Part shown: positions 10,217 to 20,855 of the stretch, piece after piece
Layout: every line of letters begins with the position of its first letter
Numbering within the stretch: position 1 is the stretch's first letter
Source: Acidobacteriota bacterium
Lineage (GTDB): Bacteria > Acidobacteriota > UBA890 > WLXD01
Direction of reading: 5' to 3'
DNA: 64,000 bases
NCBI GenBank assembly: GCA_963666215.2
Contig: CAXWPL010000002.1
Span: 416,001-480,000 of the forward strand
Position numbers and translations under genes: made by a program
Notes under the pieces: model-generated
Database searches by the model: none
What the model was told of the DNA's origin: nothing
The model's input: the letters and a program-made list of their open reading frames with translations, nothing else

Positions 10217-10761
10217 CGACGGCTCCGATCAGATGGGCCCGCGCACACGCAAGGGTTGGAAGAACGGGTCGCGCAGCATAACGAACGCTCGAGGTCCTCG
10301 CCAGCACCGCACCGCGTGCGGGTCGCCGAGAATGAGCCCCGGCCCTCTTCGTCCCAGAAAAGCTGCTTGATCCTGCCCCGAGAGATACCGGCACCCGTTG
10401 TGGTGTCGATCTCGATGAGGTTGTAATCGCCGGCGTTGTCGTAGCCGATACCGAACAGAGTGCCGTCGGGTGCAAAGTCGATCGCCGACACCCCGTTGAA
10501 GCCGATATCACCCATCTCATCGACCGTTCCGGCCGCGGGATCGACTGCGAGGAGCTGCGACGGGTTGATCCCGGGCACTCGCCGGCCCACGTCTGCATGC
10601 GCGCTGACGCAGAACAGGGGCCCGGCGTCGCTGGCGCCGGCGAATCCCGTCGCGCCGGTTGAGACGAAGATCAATGCGACGCTTGCCAAGGCTAGGCGAT
10701 TCGCTACGAGTCGTGACGACATGGTCGCGCTCCTTCCGATTGTCGAGTGGAGTGTTGTCAC
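10213..10761 (-). pseudogene. Secreted beta-propeller-like protein, probably truncated
   Basis: Signal peptide, about two propeller-like blades (AIDFAPDGTLFG), then non-coding-looking tail. Confidence 0.45.
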
Positions 10762-10803
10762 TCTCGATAACCGAAAACGCGGCCCGAGCGGCTCACGCCG
10801 AGA

Positions 10804-11328
10804 TCAGGAAAAGGTAGCCCCAACGTCCTCGTCTTCAAACACGCTGCCGAGGCCGCAGATATCGTCCAGCTGCTGGCTCGGATCGCCTAGTGAGCGGCTT
10901 TGGAGGTCTACAGGAGGCTCTTGCAACGCCTTCCGGGCGCTCGGCGACCCTTCGGGTCGTACCGCGCACGAGGATTCAAACACACCCCTTTCGACCGAAC
11001 GGTTGCAGCGGTCGGCCCGTGCCCGCTTCTCGCGTGCGGTCAGCCTTCGAGCCCCCTCAGCAACTCGGCTGCCGCCTCCGCTGCGGGTGACGATCACGCC
11101 GTCCTCTCTCAGCACGCCGTACGCCCGGGCCACCGTGTTGCGGTTGATTCCGAGGTCAGCCTCCAGTTGTCGCAACGTCGGCAGGCGGTCGCCCGGCCTG
11201 AGCACACCGCCGGCCGCCATCATTCGGGTCTGGTCTACGAGCTGATCGGAGAGCGGTGTGCGAGCGTCTCGATCGACGCGGACAAGTAGCCTTGGCGGCT
11301 TGGCGTCTATGATCACTTGACGGTCCAT
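10804..11328 (-). CDS. GntR-family (YtrA-like) regulator, 3' part probably degraded
   Basis: LRPGDRLPTLRQLEADLGINRNTVARAY wHTH; tail runs across the att site. Confidence 0.75.
   Translation of the reverse strand: MDRQVIIDAKPPRLLVRVDRDARTPLSDQLVDQTRMMAAGGVLRPGDRLPTLRQLEADLGINRNTVARAYGVLREDGVIVTRSGGGSRVAEGARRLTAREKRARADRCNRSVERGVFESSCAVRPEGSPSARKALQEPPVDLQSRSLGDPSQQLDDICGLGSVFEDEDVGATFS
10812..10825. repeat. att core (displaced tRNA-Glu 3' end)
   Basis: Identical to 15650-15663. Confidence 0.8.
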
Positions 11329-11480
11329 CCTCTTGCGACTTCGTACGTTCAGAGGCTGCCCGGCAATTCAGCTCATCTACTCGGCCTGGACACCTCCAGC
11401 CGACCGAGAGATATTGCCGCCCACCTGACCTCCTGGTGACCTTAGATCAACCGATGCCTCAGCGACCATTGGAGAGAAAC

Positions 11481-11930
11481 ATGCGAAGACTACCTGCAGC
11501 ATCTCTGATCTTGACGGTGCTACTCGCAGGCTGCGGAGGAGGAGACCAGGCTGCACCGGAAGTCGACTTGTTCGCTCCCGACATGCCACGACACCACATC
11601 ACCGGATGCAATGAAGCCGGCGAGTTGGAAGTCGCGACCGTCAACGTTTGGCTTGAGCCTGGCGGCGTCAGCAACACAAACCGACCAGTCGGCAAGCTGT
11701 CCGGAGACGGTAGAGAGGACCTCGGGTTGAAGTGCCAGGGCTCCGTCGTCGTAGTCGTGCAGTCGCAGCAGGCTGAAGGACGGACCTTCTATCGCGTCGC
11801 CAGCGTCGTCCGTGGTGACGACGGCTGGGTATCCGAGTCCTTCATCGGGCGGCAGATGGAGGTTTCGCGATGCGCTGAGCATTTCTCAGACAGGGCGCAG
11901 TTGGCGCGTTGCGAAGGAAGGGTCCCGTGA
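11481..11930 (+). CDS. Lipoprotein with SH3-like C-terminal region
   Basis: GGAGAG RBS, LLAGC lipobox, FYRV...GWVSESFI. Confidence 0.7.
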   Translation: MRRLPAASLILTVLLAGCGGGDQAAPEVDLFAPDMPRHHITGCNEAGELEVATVNVWLEPGGVSNTNRPVGKLSGDGREDLGLKCQGSVVVVVQSQQAEGRTFYRVASVVRGDDGWVSESFIGRQMEVSRCAEHFSDRAQLARCEGRVP

Positions 11931-11976
11931 AGTCGTCCTCAGAAGGAGCAGCAAAGCCTGACGCGCTGGACAACGC

Positions 11977-12348
11977 ATGCGGCGATCTGTGAGCAGAAAA
12001 AGGGGACCCAAACCCAGCTTCCAGCGCGACGCCTACCTTGAAGCGCTACGCAACGGGCACACGCATAGCGCCGCTGCCGCTGTGGCCGGTGTGACCTACG
12101 AGACCGCCCGGAAGCACCGCGCCGACGATGCGGCCTTCGCTGACCTGGTCGAGGTCGCCTACCAGCAAGGCACGGTTTCCCTCGAGGCCGTCGCACTCGA
12201 GCGTGCCAAGCGTCCCAACGGCTCCGACACGATGCTGATCTTCGCGCTCAAGCAGCGCGGCTGGAGCGACCGGCAGGACCTTAGGCTCCAGCCCGCCATG
12301 AGCGTCACTATCCTCGACGGCGCTGCCGCAGATCACGAGCCCATCTAG
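11977..12348 (+). CDS. Phage terminase small subunit-like HTH protein
   Basis: YLEALRNG...AAAAVAGV...DAAFA...LEAVALERA...SDTMLIFALK pattern recalled from TerS-like proteins. Confidence 0.65.
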   Translation: MRRSVSRKRGPKPSFQRDAYLEALRNGHTHSAAAAVAGVTYETARKHRADDAAFADLVEVAYQQGTVSLEAVALERAKRPNGSDTMLIFALKQRGWSDRQDLRLQPAMSVTILDGAAADHEPI

Positions 12349-12490
12349 CGACGCGACAGTCTCCCGGCCTGCTCCTCAGATTGGCTCTGTGGTAAGCGGG
12401 CTCGCTGCTCGCGGAACGCGAGCTCACCCTGATTTCACCGGGTGAGCGCCTGTTGCCCGGGTGGAACGGCGAGTTCGCGAGCGGCCTAGT

Positions 12491-13533
12491 TGTGTTTTCT
12501 AAGTAGGTTGTTCACATCGGGGCTCACTTCTGAGATCAATGGGGTTGTTCAAAAGACTCCACGACCTCAGAAGGAGCGCCCGATGCAGCTGCATGGTAAC
12601 GCCCGCACGACGCCGTATATACGCCGAGAGATGGTCCGCCGAGTCCGGGAGCGGGCGGAGCCCGTGACGGAAACGGCGGCGGCGCTCGGCGTGTCGGCTC
12701 GAACGGTTTACAAGTGGCTGGATAGATACGAGCGAGAAGGTGAGGCCGGGCTGCTCGATCGATCAAGCCGGCCGACGTGCTGTCCGCACGCAACAAGCGC
12801 TGGAGTTGTGAGGCAGATCGACAAGCTACGTCGGCGGCGACTGACGGCCTGGCAGATCAGCCGAAGGTTGGCTGTGCCGCGCTCGACCGTCTCGGCGTGG
12901 CTGAAGCGGCTCGGACTCGCCAAGCTTGATGCGCTCGAGCCCAAGCCCGAGATCGTTCGCTACGAGTACGAGCACCCCGGTGACCTACTGCACCTGGATA
13001 CGAAGAAACTGGCCCGTATCCGGCGACCTGGACACCGCATCCACGGCGACCGCTCCAAGCGGGCCTACGGCGTCGGCTGGGAGAACGCCCACGTCGCTAT
13101 CGACGATCACTCTCGGGTGGCGTACGTCGAAGTGCTGCCCGCCGAAGACCAACACACCTGCACAGCGTTCCTGCAGCGAGCCGTCGAGCACTTCGCTTCG
13201 ATGGGAGTAGCGGTGCGCCGAGTGATGACAGACAACGGGCCTGGCTACGTCTCGAAGCGCTTCAATCGCCTATGCCATCAACTCGAGATCCGGCACATTT
13301 ACACCCGGCCCTACACCCCCAGAACCAACGGCAAAGCCGAACGCTTCATCCGCACACTCAAGGAGCAGTGGGCCTACGGCACCTGCTACCAGACCTCAGC
13401 TCGACGTACTCGAGCTCTACGGCCCTGGCTCAACCACTACAATCGTCACCGTCCCCACGCCGGCATCGGCATGACACCGCCGATCGCTCGGCTCTCAGGG
13501 GTGAGTTCGTGAACAACCTACCTAGAACTCACA
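12491..13533 (+). mobile_element. IS481-family insertion sequence, copy 1 (1043 bp)
   Basis: TGT...ACA ends, ~25-bp imperfect IRs, 6-bp TSD CCTAGT (12485-12490 / 13534-13539). Confidence 0.95.
12583..13512 (+). CDS. IS481-family DDE transposase
   Basis: HGNARTT, LHLDTKKL, VMTDNG, TNGKAERF; AAGGAG RBS. Confidence 0.95.
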   Translation: MQLHGNARTTPYIRREMVRRVRERAEPVTETAAALGVSARTVYKWLDRYEREGEAGLLDRSSRPTCCPHATSAGVVRQIDKLRRRRLTAWQISRRLAVPRSTVSAWLKRLGLAKLDALEPKPEIVRYEYEHPGDLLHLDTKKLARIRRPGHRIHGDRSKRAYGVGWENAHVAIDDHSRVAYVEVLPAEDQHTCTAFLQRAVEHFASMGVAVRRVMTDNGPGYVSKRFNRLCHQLEIRHIYTRPYTPRTNGKAERFIRTLKEQWAYGTCYQTSARRTRALRPWLNHYNRHRPHAGIGMTPPIARLSGVSS

Positions 13534-13633
13534 CCTAGTCGACTGCAGGGAAAACGGGGGCGGACGGAACCGGTGTTGGTCATCGCCGCACTCTGCCAGC
13601 AGCGCCGTCTGCTTGCGTGGCGTGTGGCGAAGA

Positions 13634-13671
13634 TTTAGTCTTGGCTAACTATTTTGTTAGCGACAACTAAA
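13634..13671. promoter_or_regulatory. Symmetric AT-rich operator-like palindrome
   Basis: TTTAGT-N4-GCTAAC-N6-GTTAGC-N4-ACTAAA, 22 bp upstream of ATG 13694. Confidence 0.55.
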
Positions 13672-13693
13672 GACCTTCTGAGGAGCCCTGACC

Positions 13694-14848
13694 ATGCAAC
13701 TGCAACGTAGTTTGCTCGGCGGCCTTGGTGTGATGCTGGCGCTCGGGTCTCTGGCACTGGCGCTGCCCGGACCAGCGGACGCCATTCCGTACTTTACGCG
13801 CAAGTTCGACACGGGTTGCGCAACCTGCCACACGGTGGTGCCGAAGCTCAACCAAACCGGGCTCGACTTCCGGGAGCGCGGCTATCGCCTGCCGGGGCGC
13901 GAGATGCATTCCACGATTCCGCTCTCGGCCTGGGTGAGCGGACGCTACGAGAACCGGCCCGACGCCGATGTCGACAGTGTGTTCCTCGACAAAGTCGAGA
14001 TCATCAGCGGCGGCGCGCTCAGCGATCGCGCCAGCTACTTCGCCGAGTGGCGACCGGTGAGCCTGGGGTTGCAGGACAACGGCGAGCTCAGCGATCGGAG
14101 CGGGCGTTTCGAGGACCTTTTCGTCGCCTACGATCTGACCGACGCCCTGAGCCTGACCGCTGGGCAGTTCCGTCTGTTCAACCAGTTCGACAGCTCGCTG
14201 AGCGAGTCGACACCCTTGGCGCTGAATGCTGGGATCCCTGGCGTGCCAGAGGCCGGCGACAGCCTTCGCGAAGCGAGCTTGCGCGGCTTCTCTCCAGCCG
14301 GACGTTCCCCCGCGCTGATGCTGACCTACCACGCCCCGCCGCGGGACGCGACGCAGCGCGCAGCAGACGGCTGGTACGTGCACGCCACCGTGCCCTTCCC
14401 TGGCGAGCTGTCGATACCGCTCACCGACGAGGCGCGAGATCGCGCCAGCTTCGAGCTCGATTTCGACCCCAAGGGCGTCTATCTCGAGAGCTACTACCGC
14501 AAAGGGTTGTCGTCCATCGGCGGGGCCGTCTTCGTTGGCGACGACCGGCAGCTATACACGGGACTGGCGAGCTACGACCCGGGCACCTGGAACACGACGC
14601 TGGCTGTCAGTGCGGGCGTGATCGATGGCGACTCCGACCGACGCCTGAGCTGGTGGACCGAGCTGCAGCCAGCAGCCGGTGTCAACGTGGGCTTCCGGCT
14701 CGACGAACGGAGCTCGGGACCGACGGCATACCACCTCTATACCGATCTACAGCTTCCTTCGAAGCGCGGGATCCTGTGGTTGCTGGTGGAGCAACGGTTC
14801 CGATCGGGAAGTGATCAGACGGTCGTCCAACTCAACGCTGTGTTCTGA
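13694..14848 (+). CDS. Monoheme c-type cytochrome / outer-membrane beta-barrel protein
   Basis: Signal peptide, IPYFTRK...CATCH...LNQTG..F...GY, amphipathic strands, C-terminal Phe. Confidence 0.75.
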   Translation: MQLQRSLLGGLGVMLALGSLALALPGPADAIPYFTRKFDTGCATCHTVVPKLNQTGLDFRERGYRLPGREMHSTIPLSAWVSGRYENRPDADVDSVFLDKVEIISGGALSDRASYFAEWRPVSLGLQDNGELSDRSGRFEDLFVAYDLTDALSLTAGQFRLFNQFDSSLSESTPLALNAGIPGVPEAGDSLREASLRGFSPAGRSPALMLTYHAPPRDATQRAADGWYVHATVPFPGELSIPLTDEARDRASFELDFDPKGVYLESYYRKGLSSIGGAVFVGDDRQLYTGLASYDPGTWNTTLAVSAGVIDGDSDRRLSWWTELQPAAGVNVGFRLDERSSGPTAYHLYTDLQLPSKRGILWLLVEQRFRSGSDQTVVQLNAVF

Positions 14849-14879
14849 AGGACGCCTCAGAGATCCCGCTCGATCCGTA

Positions 14880-15243
14880 CAATGTCCTCGGCCACAGGAG
14901 TGAGCTCGTGGGTTCTCCGAGGACTTCGTACGAGAGTCGCACGACGAGCCTCGTGGCGATGCCGTGCGGAACCGGAAGTGTGAACGAGAGCTTGCGGCTC
15001 TAGCGTGGACGCAAACGGGTGTCGCGGACAATCCGTGCGCCGCGCGACATCATGGCGGCTACGGAAGTCAGAGTCCGGCCGTCGGCGTCGACGACCTCAC
15101 GCCCGGACACCGATCGTTGCGAATGCACCTCATCAGCCCAGCGCGTGGAAACGTCGAGCACCATCCGGCGCGATGGCATGCCGGTTGGCAACCAGTGGCC
15201 GGCAGCCTGATTCTGGATCGCGACCTCGACCTCCACGCTGCAA
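14880..15243 (-). pseudogene. C-terminal fragment resembling multiheme cytochrome c proteins, with in-frame TAG
   Basis: NQAAGHWLPTG...RRMVLDV...DTRLRPR*SRKLSF; 5' part missing; boundaries approximate. Confidence 0.55.
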
Positions 15244-15419
15244 CGGATGAAGCGTTCGGCTTTGCCGTTGGTTCCAATGTTGATGATTCTGGTCAGTGCG
15301 CCGAGCCCTCGCGGCCCCGTCGCTTGCACTCGGAGCGGAGCAATCGCAGCGACTCAGTCAGGTTGCGCTGCAACAGCTCCTCGCCCGCAGGTCGAGGCCA
15401 CGCACCGAAGCGCGATCAC

Positions 15420-15726
<307 letters not shown>

Positions 15727-15810
15727 ACCAGGAGCGCGTGAGCGCCGCTCGGAGGCGGAGTCGGGGAGCCAAGCCAGGTGAGCTCGCCCGCACAAACCGG
15801 GATGTCGATA

Positions 15811-15883
15811 TGGGCCGTCAGGGGGTCGAACCCTGGACACCCGGCTTAAAAGGCCGGTGCTCTGCCAACTGAGCTAACGGCCC
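15811..15883 (-). tRNA. tRNA-Lys (UUU)
   Basis: GGGCCGTTAGCTCAG...CTTTTAA...GGTTCGACCCC...GGCCCA. Confidence 0.95.
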
Positions 15884-15890
15884 CTGGCGA

Positions 15891-15919
15891 AGGGTAGCGT
15901 GGGCACGCGAGGGGGGCAA
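15891..15919 (-). promoter_or_regulatory. Putative sigma70 promoter of tRNA-Lys/Glu
   Basis: TTGCCC-N17-TACCCT ending 7 bp before tRNA-Lys. Confidence 0.5.
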
Positions 15920-15943
15920 TGCGTTTGCTGCTCGGTTTCAGCG

Positions 15944-17380
<1,437 letters not shown>

Positions 17381-17482
17381 TCAGGTTAGCTGCCCGCGAG
17401 GCAGGCCAGCGTGTCCCGCGGAGTTCGGATGGAGCGCTCGGGTCGGACGTTCTCGCGGGCCTACGAATGTGCGGAGCCGAGG

Positions 17483-17680
17483 ATGGATTGGGATCTGCTG
17501 CTGATGGTGATGGGCTTCGTTTTGATCGTCGAAGGGCTGCCGTACGTTCTGTTCCCGGAGCGGATCACGCGCCTCCTCGAGCAGCTCGAGAGGCTCGGCC
17601 CCGGTGCTCTGCGCGCCTTCGGCCTGGTGTCATTGCTGGCCGGGGTGCTGCTTCTGTCGATCGGCCGATGGCTTCTCTAG
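17483..17680 (+). CDS. DUF2065-family small membrane protein
   Basis: GFVLIVEGLPYVLFP...LRAFG; adjacent to purA. Confidence 0.8.
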   Translation: MDWDLLLMVMGFVLIVEGLPYVLFPERITRLLEQLERLGPGALRAFGLVSLLAGVLLLSIGRWLL

Positions 17681-17787
17681 CTGTGTCTTCAACCAGCTCG
17701 GTCTCGCTCGCGATGCCAGCGCCTGATTTGATCGCGATCGCCTGAGCGGGACGCCTCGCCTGATTCTCGAGCTGTTCGCCTGTAGGC

Positions 17788-18810
17788 CTAGTTCACAACG
17801 CTGTCGGCGTCGCCTGCCTTGAACGGGGGAGGCACATGCGCGGCAATCGCCGCCACGGCCGCCGTGGCGACGGCGTGGTGATTGTCGAGCAGGGACCAAA
17901 GCCAACTCCCGCCCGCGCCGTCCGATCGCAATCCGCCGATGTACAGCTCCCGATTACCGGCCGCCGTCGCCGGGCTATCAATGGCCTGCCCGTGTTGGTT
18001 CTGGCTCGGCAGCGACATCGTGCTCAGCAGCTCTGCCAGCGCGTTGTGGTCGCAGCCAGGCATGTGGACGGAGGCGGCGACGGAATGAAAGATTGACGCC
18101 TGGACGGCCACGGCGGCGACACCTTCGATTCCCATGGCGACGAGCTCCCCCATGAGGTCGCTGCGACCTTCGGGCGCGAGCCAGGCGTCGAACGCCAACC
18201 GGCGACCGAACGGTCCCGATTCGTCGACCGCAGAGTCGTCGGTGTCTTCCATGAAGTTGAGGATACTGGCCGTCTGCCTGGCGAGCTCTTCGGCTGCGGC
18301 ATCGCTGTGCTCCGACGCCGGTAGCAAGACGGTTGCTGAAGCACCCGCCAGGCGCTCGCCGAGCATGCCGTGAAGCTCGGCGAGCAGCAGCGCGCCGCCC
18401 GACGGGGTCGCGATGAGCGTCGGCTTTGCGGCTTCGGTGGCGAGGCCGCCAAGGTGAAACGTGGCCGGGTGGCTGTTCCCACGCATGCGCAGTGCCCCCG
18501 TGCAGTCGATGGCCACGCCGCCCTCGGCGGCCACCTCCTCGGCGTAGGTAGCTGCTGCCTCTGGAGCGCCGCAAAAACACACGACTGCGCGCTCTCGGAT
18601 GTCCTGTTCGGCGATCTCCATCACGACCCGCGCCTCGTCGCCGTACTCTGTGAACACGCCGATGCCATCCTCGAGCGCGAGTAGATCGACGAGGCTGCCG
18701 TAGCCGTCCGCCGCGAGCCGTTCCTTGATTTCGATCCCGACCATCGTGGTGGCGCCGACGAGACCGATGCCCCGCCTTGCGGGCGCGTTCGGGGTTGCGG
18801 CTTTCGTCAT
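17788..18810 (-). CDS. Asd/Usg-like protein (degenerate aspartate-semialdehyde dehydrogenase fold)
   Basis: LVGAT..G, ELARQT..LNF, LAFD, IFHS, LW...DN; catalytic Cys not visible. Confidence 0.75.
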   Translation of the reverse strand: MTKAATPNAPARRGIGLVGATTMVGIEIKERLAADGYGSLVDLLALEDGIGVFTEYGDEARVVMEIAEQDIRERAVVCFCGAPEAAATYAEEVAAEGGVAIDCTGALRMRGNSHPATFHLGGLATEAAKPTLIATPSGGALLLAELHGMLGERLAGASATVLLPASEHSDAAAEELARQTASILNFMEDTDDSAVDESGPFGRRLAFDAWLAPEGRSDLMGELVAMGIEGVAAVAVQASIFHSVAASVHMPGCDHNALAELLSTMSLPSQNQHGQAIDSPATAAGNRELYIGGLRSDGAGGSWLWSLLDNHHAVATAAVAAIAAHVPPPFKAGDADSVVN

Positions 18811-18820
18811 GCGGCCGTGC

Positions 18821-19651
18821 TCACGTAGGCGGGTCGTCGGTGCTAGACGAAGGGGACGGTTTCAGCGCCGTGGTTGCGGCGTCGCTGCTTCCAGCTGAGG
18901 GTCGCTCCCCACGGGTCACCAGCACCGCGAGCCGCGCGACGAGTCCCGAGAGCGTGTACAGCGTCGCCGCAAGCAGCAACACATTTTCCGGGTCGAGCGC
19001 AATCAGCGCGATCGCCATCGCCACCAGCAGCACGAGCATCGAGGGCTGACGCTCCCGCAGGTCGATATCCTTGAACGAGCGGTAGCGCAACTTGGAGACC
19101 ATGAGTACCGAGAGGAGCGCCACCAGCGCCAGCAGAACCTTCGCCAGCAGCAGGCTTTCGACACGCGCCGGCCAATAAAAGGCGAGGGCGGCGATCTGGC
19201 AGCTGGCGAGCGGCGTAGGTAGACCGATGAAGTAGCGGCGATCGGCCGAGCTGTCGACGTTGAATCGTGCAAGTCGGGTGGCGGCGCAGGTGGCGTAGAA
19301 GAAGCTGAACAGCCAGCCTGCACGCCCGAGATCCCACAGGCCCCACGAAAAAACGAGCACCGCGGGCGCTAGCCCGAATGCAACAACATCGGCAAGTGAG
19401 TCGTAGGCGCTGCCGAATTCGGTTTGGCTGTCGGTCATGCGCGCTATGCGGCCGTCGAGTCCGTCGAGGACCAGCGCGATGCCGATGGTGAGCGCGGCGG
19501 CACGATAATCGCCGTGCAGCGTGGCGATCAGGCTGTAGTAGCCACAGAACAGGCTGCCGGTGGTGAACAGCGACGGCAGCAGAAAGATGCCCCGACGAAA
19601 TTGCCTTCGTCGCCGTCGCGACATCGGTCGCCCGATCCTCGGCGGCTTCAA
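18821..19651 (-). CDS. pssA: CDP-diacylglycerol--serine O-phosphatidyltransferase
   Basis: DGLDGRIAR...FG...DSLADVVAFGLAP, RLARFN. Confidence 0.95.
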   Translation of the reverse strand: MKPPRIGRPMSRRRRRQFRRGIFLLPSLFTTGSLFCGYYSLIATLHGDYRAAALTIGIALVLDGLDGRIARMTDSQTEFGSAYDSLADVVAFGLAPAVLVFSWGLWDLGRAGWLFSFFYATCAATRLARFNVDSSADRRYFIGLPTPLASCQIAALAFYWPARVESLLLAKVLLALVALLSVLMVSKLRYRSFKDIDLRERQPSMLVLLVAMAIALIALDPENVLLLAATLYTLSGLVARLAVLVTRGERPSAGSSDAATTALKPSPSSSTDDPPT

Positions 19652-19690
19652 AGTTGCTGCTCAGCTCGTGGTGACCACATGTGCCGCTCG

Positions 19691-20443
19691 CTAGCCAGCA
19701 TTGCCGGTGGGTCGCTGGGTTGGGTGGGTTGGGTGGGTTGGGGCGCATCGCGCAACAACGGTGGATCCGGCTCGCACTCGGTCGCCCACTGCTACCTGGA
19801 TCTCACAATCCTGTGGCAACGTGAGCTCAGCGCGCGAGCCGAATCGGATGATGGCGATCCGCTCGCCAGCGCGCAAGGTGGCCGGCGGATGTTTCCAGGG
19901 GATGATACGGCGCGCCACAGCCCCCGCCATCAGCGCCAGCACGGTGTCGCCCTCCGTCGCTATCGGCGACAGTGGCTGGCGGCCGCCGTGCTCGTTGCCG
20001 GCAGATTCTCCGTTGTCGATTGCACTCGACGACACATCGGTGTCGACCGCTGCCGGGCGCAATTGCATGATCACGCGTGCGTTGCGGCTGGCCTCTTCGC
20101 GAAAGGCCATGGCGTAGCCGCCGGGTTCTCGCCGCATCGCGATGATATCGCCGGCGTGCGGCGCTCGCGCCACGTGCACGTTGAACAGCGACAGGAAGAT
20201 GGCGATTCGGCCGCCGCGGTCGTCGGTAGCCGGCAGTACCTCGACCACGCGGCCGTCAGCCGGAGCCAGGAACTCGTCGGGCGTCGCCTGACAGGGACGC
20301 TCCGGGTCGCGAAAAAAAGCGGCGATGCTGGCCGTCACCAGCGCCAGCACTGCAGCCGTGGCCGGGGCGCCGAGCGCCACCGCGACGCTGGCCACCAGAG
20401 CTGGTGGCAGGACAAACGGGAGCGCTTCCGGACAGATACGCAT
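19691..20443 (-). CDS. psd: Phosphatidylserine decarboxylase (short type)
   Basis: FFRDPER, APADGRV, IFLS.FNVHV.RAP, RFGSR. Confidence 0.92.
   Translation of the reverse strand: MRICPEALPFVLPPALVASVAVALGAPATAAVLALVTASIAAFFRDPERPCQATPDEFLAPADGRVVEVLPATDDRGGRIAIFLSLFNVHVARAPHAGDIIAMRREPGGYAMAFREEASRNARVIMQLRPAAVDTDVSSSAIDNGESAGNEHGGRQPLSPIATEGDTVLALMAGAVARRIIPWKHPPATLRAGERIAIIRFGSRAELTLPQDCEIQVAVGDRVRAGSTVVARCAPTHPTHPTQRPTGNAG
19717..19743 (+). repeat. 9-bp tandem repeat with six G-tracts
   Basis: GGGTTGGGTGGGTTGGGTGGGTTGGGG. Confidence 0.8.
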
Positions 20444-20541
20444 CGGAGGCGCGGTTGCTCCTCGTCCGTTGATCTTTGTGGCCGTCACGGCCTTGGCGCC
20501 CGGGAGCAGCCCCGTCGTGCGCTGACTACTCGCCCTCGGGA

Positions 20542-20784
20542 CTAGTGCTCGACCAGGACCTCCAACTCGTTGGCCTCGCGCGCAAGCGTTGCCATGCGGT
20601 CCTTGATCAGAAGCTTACGCTTCTTCGCGGCCGATTCTTCGAACCAGTCGCGCTGCGTAAAAGGACGTCGAGTTGAGAGAAGTTCGAGTTTTTCTTTCAA
20701 ACGTTCGTGTTGCTCAAAGAGCCGTTGATATTCCTCGTTCTCCACCATAAGGCGGCTTCGGAAATTGGTCTCGAGCAGCTCCAT
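20542..20784 (-). CDS. DUF465/YdcH-like protein
   Basis: NEEYQRLFEQHERL...KKRKLLIKDRM; GGAGG RBS. Confidence 0.8.
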   Translation of the reverse strand: MELLETNFRSRLMVENEEYQRLFEQHERLKEKLELLSTRRPFTQRDWFEESAAKKRKLLIKDRMATLAREANELEVLVEH

Positions 20785-20855
20785 ATCTGTCCTCCGCGTT
20801 TGAGATTGTCAACGCTCGGTGGGGCGACCTCATGCTAGCAAAATCGGCTCCCGGG

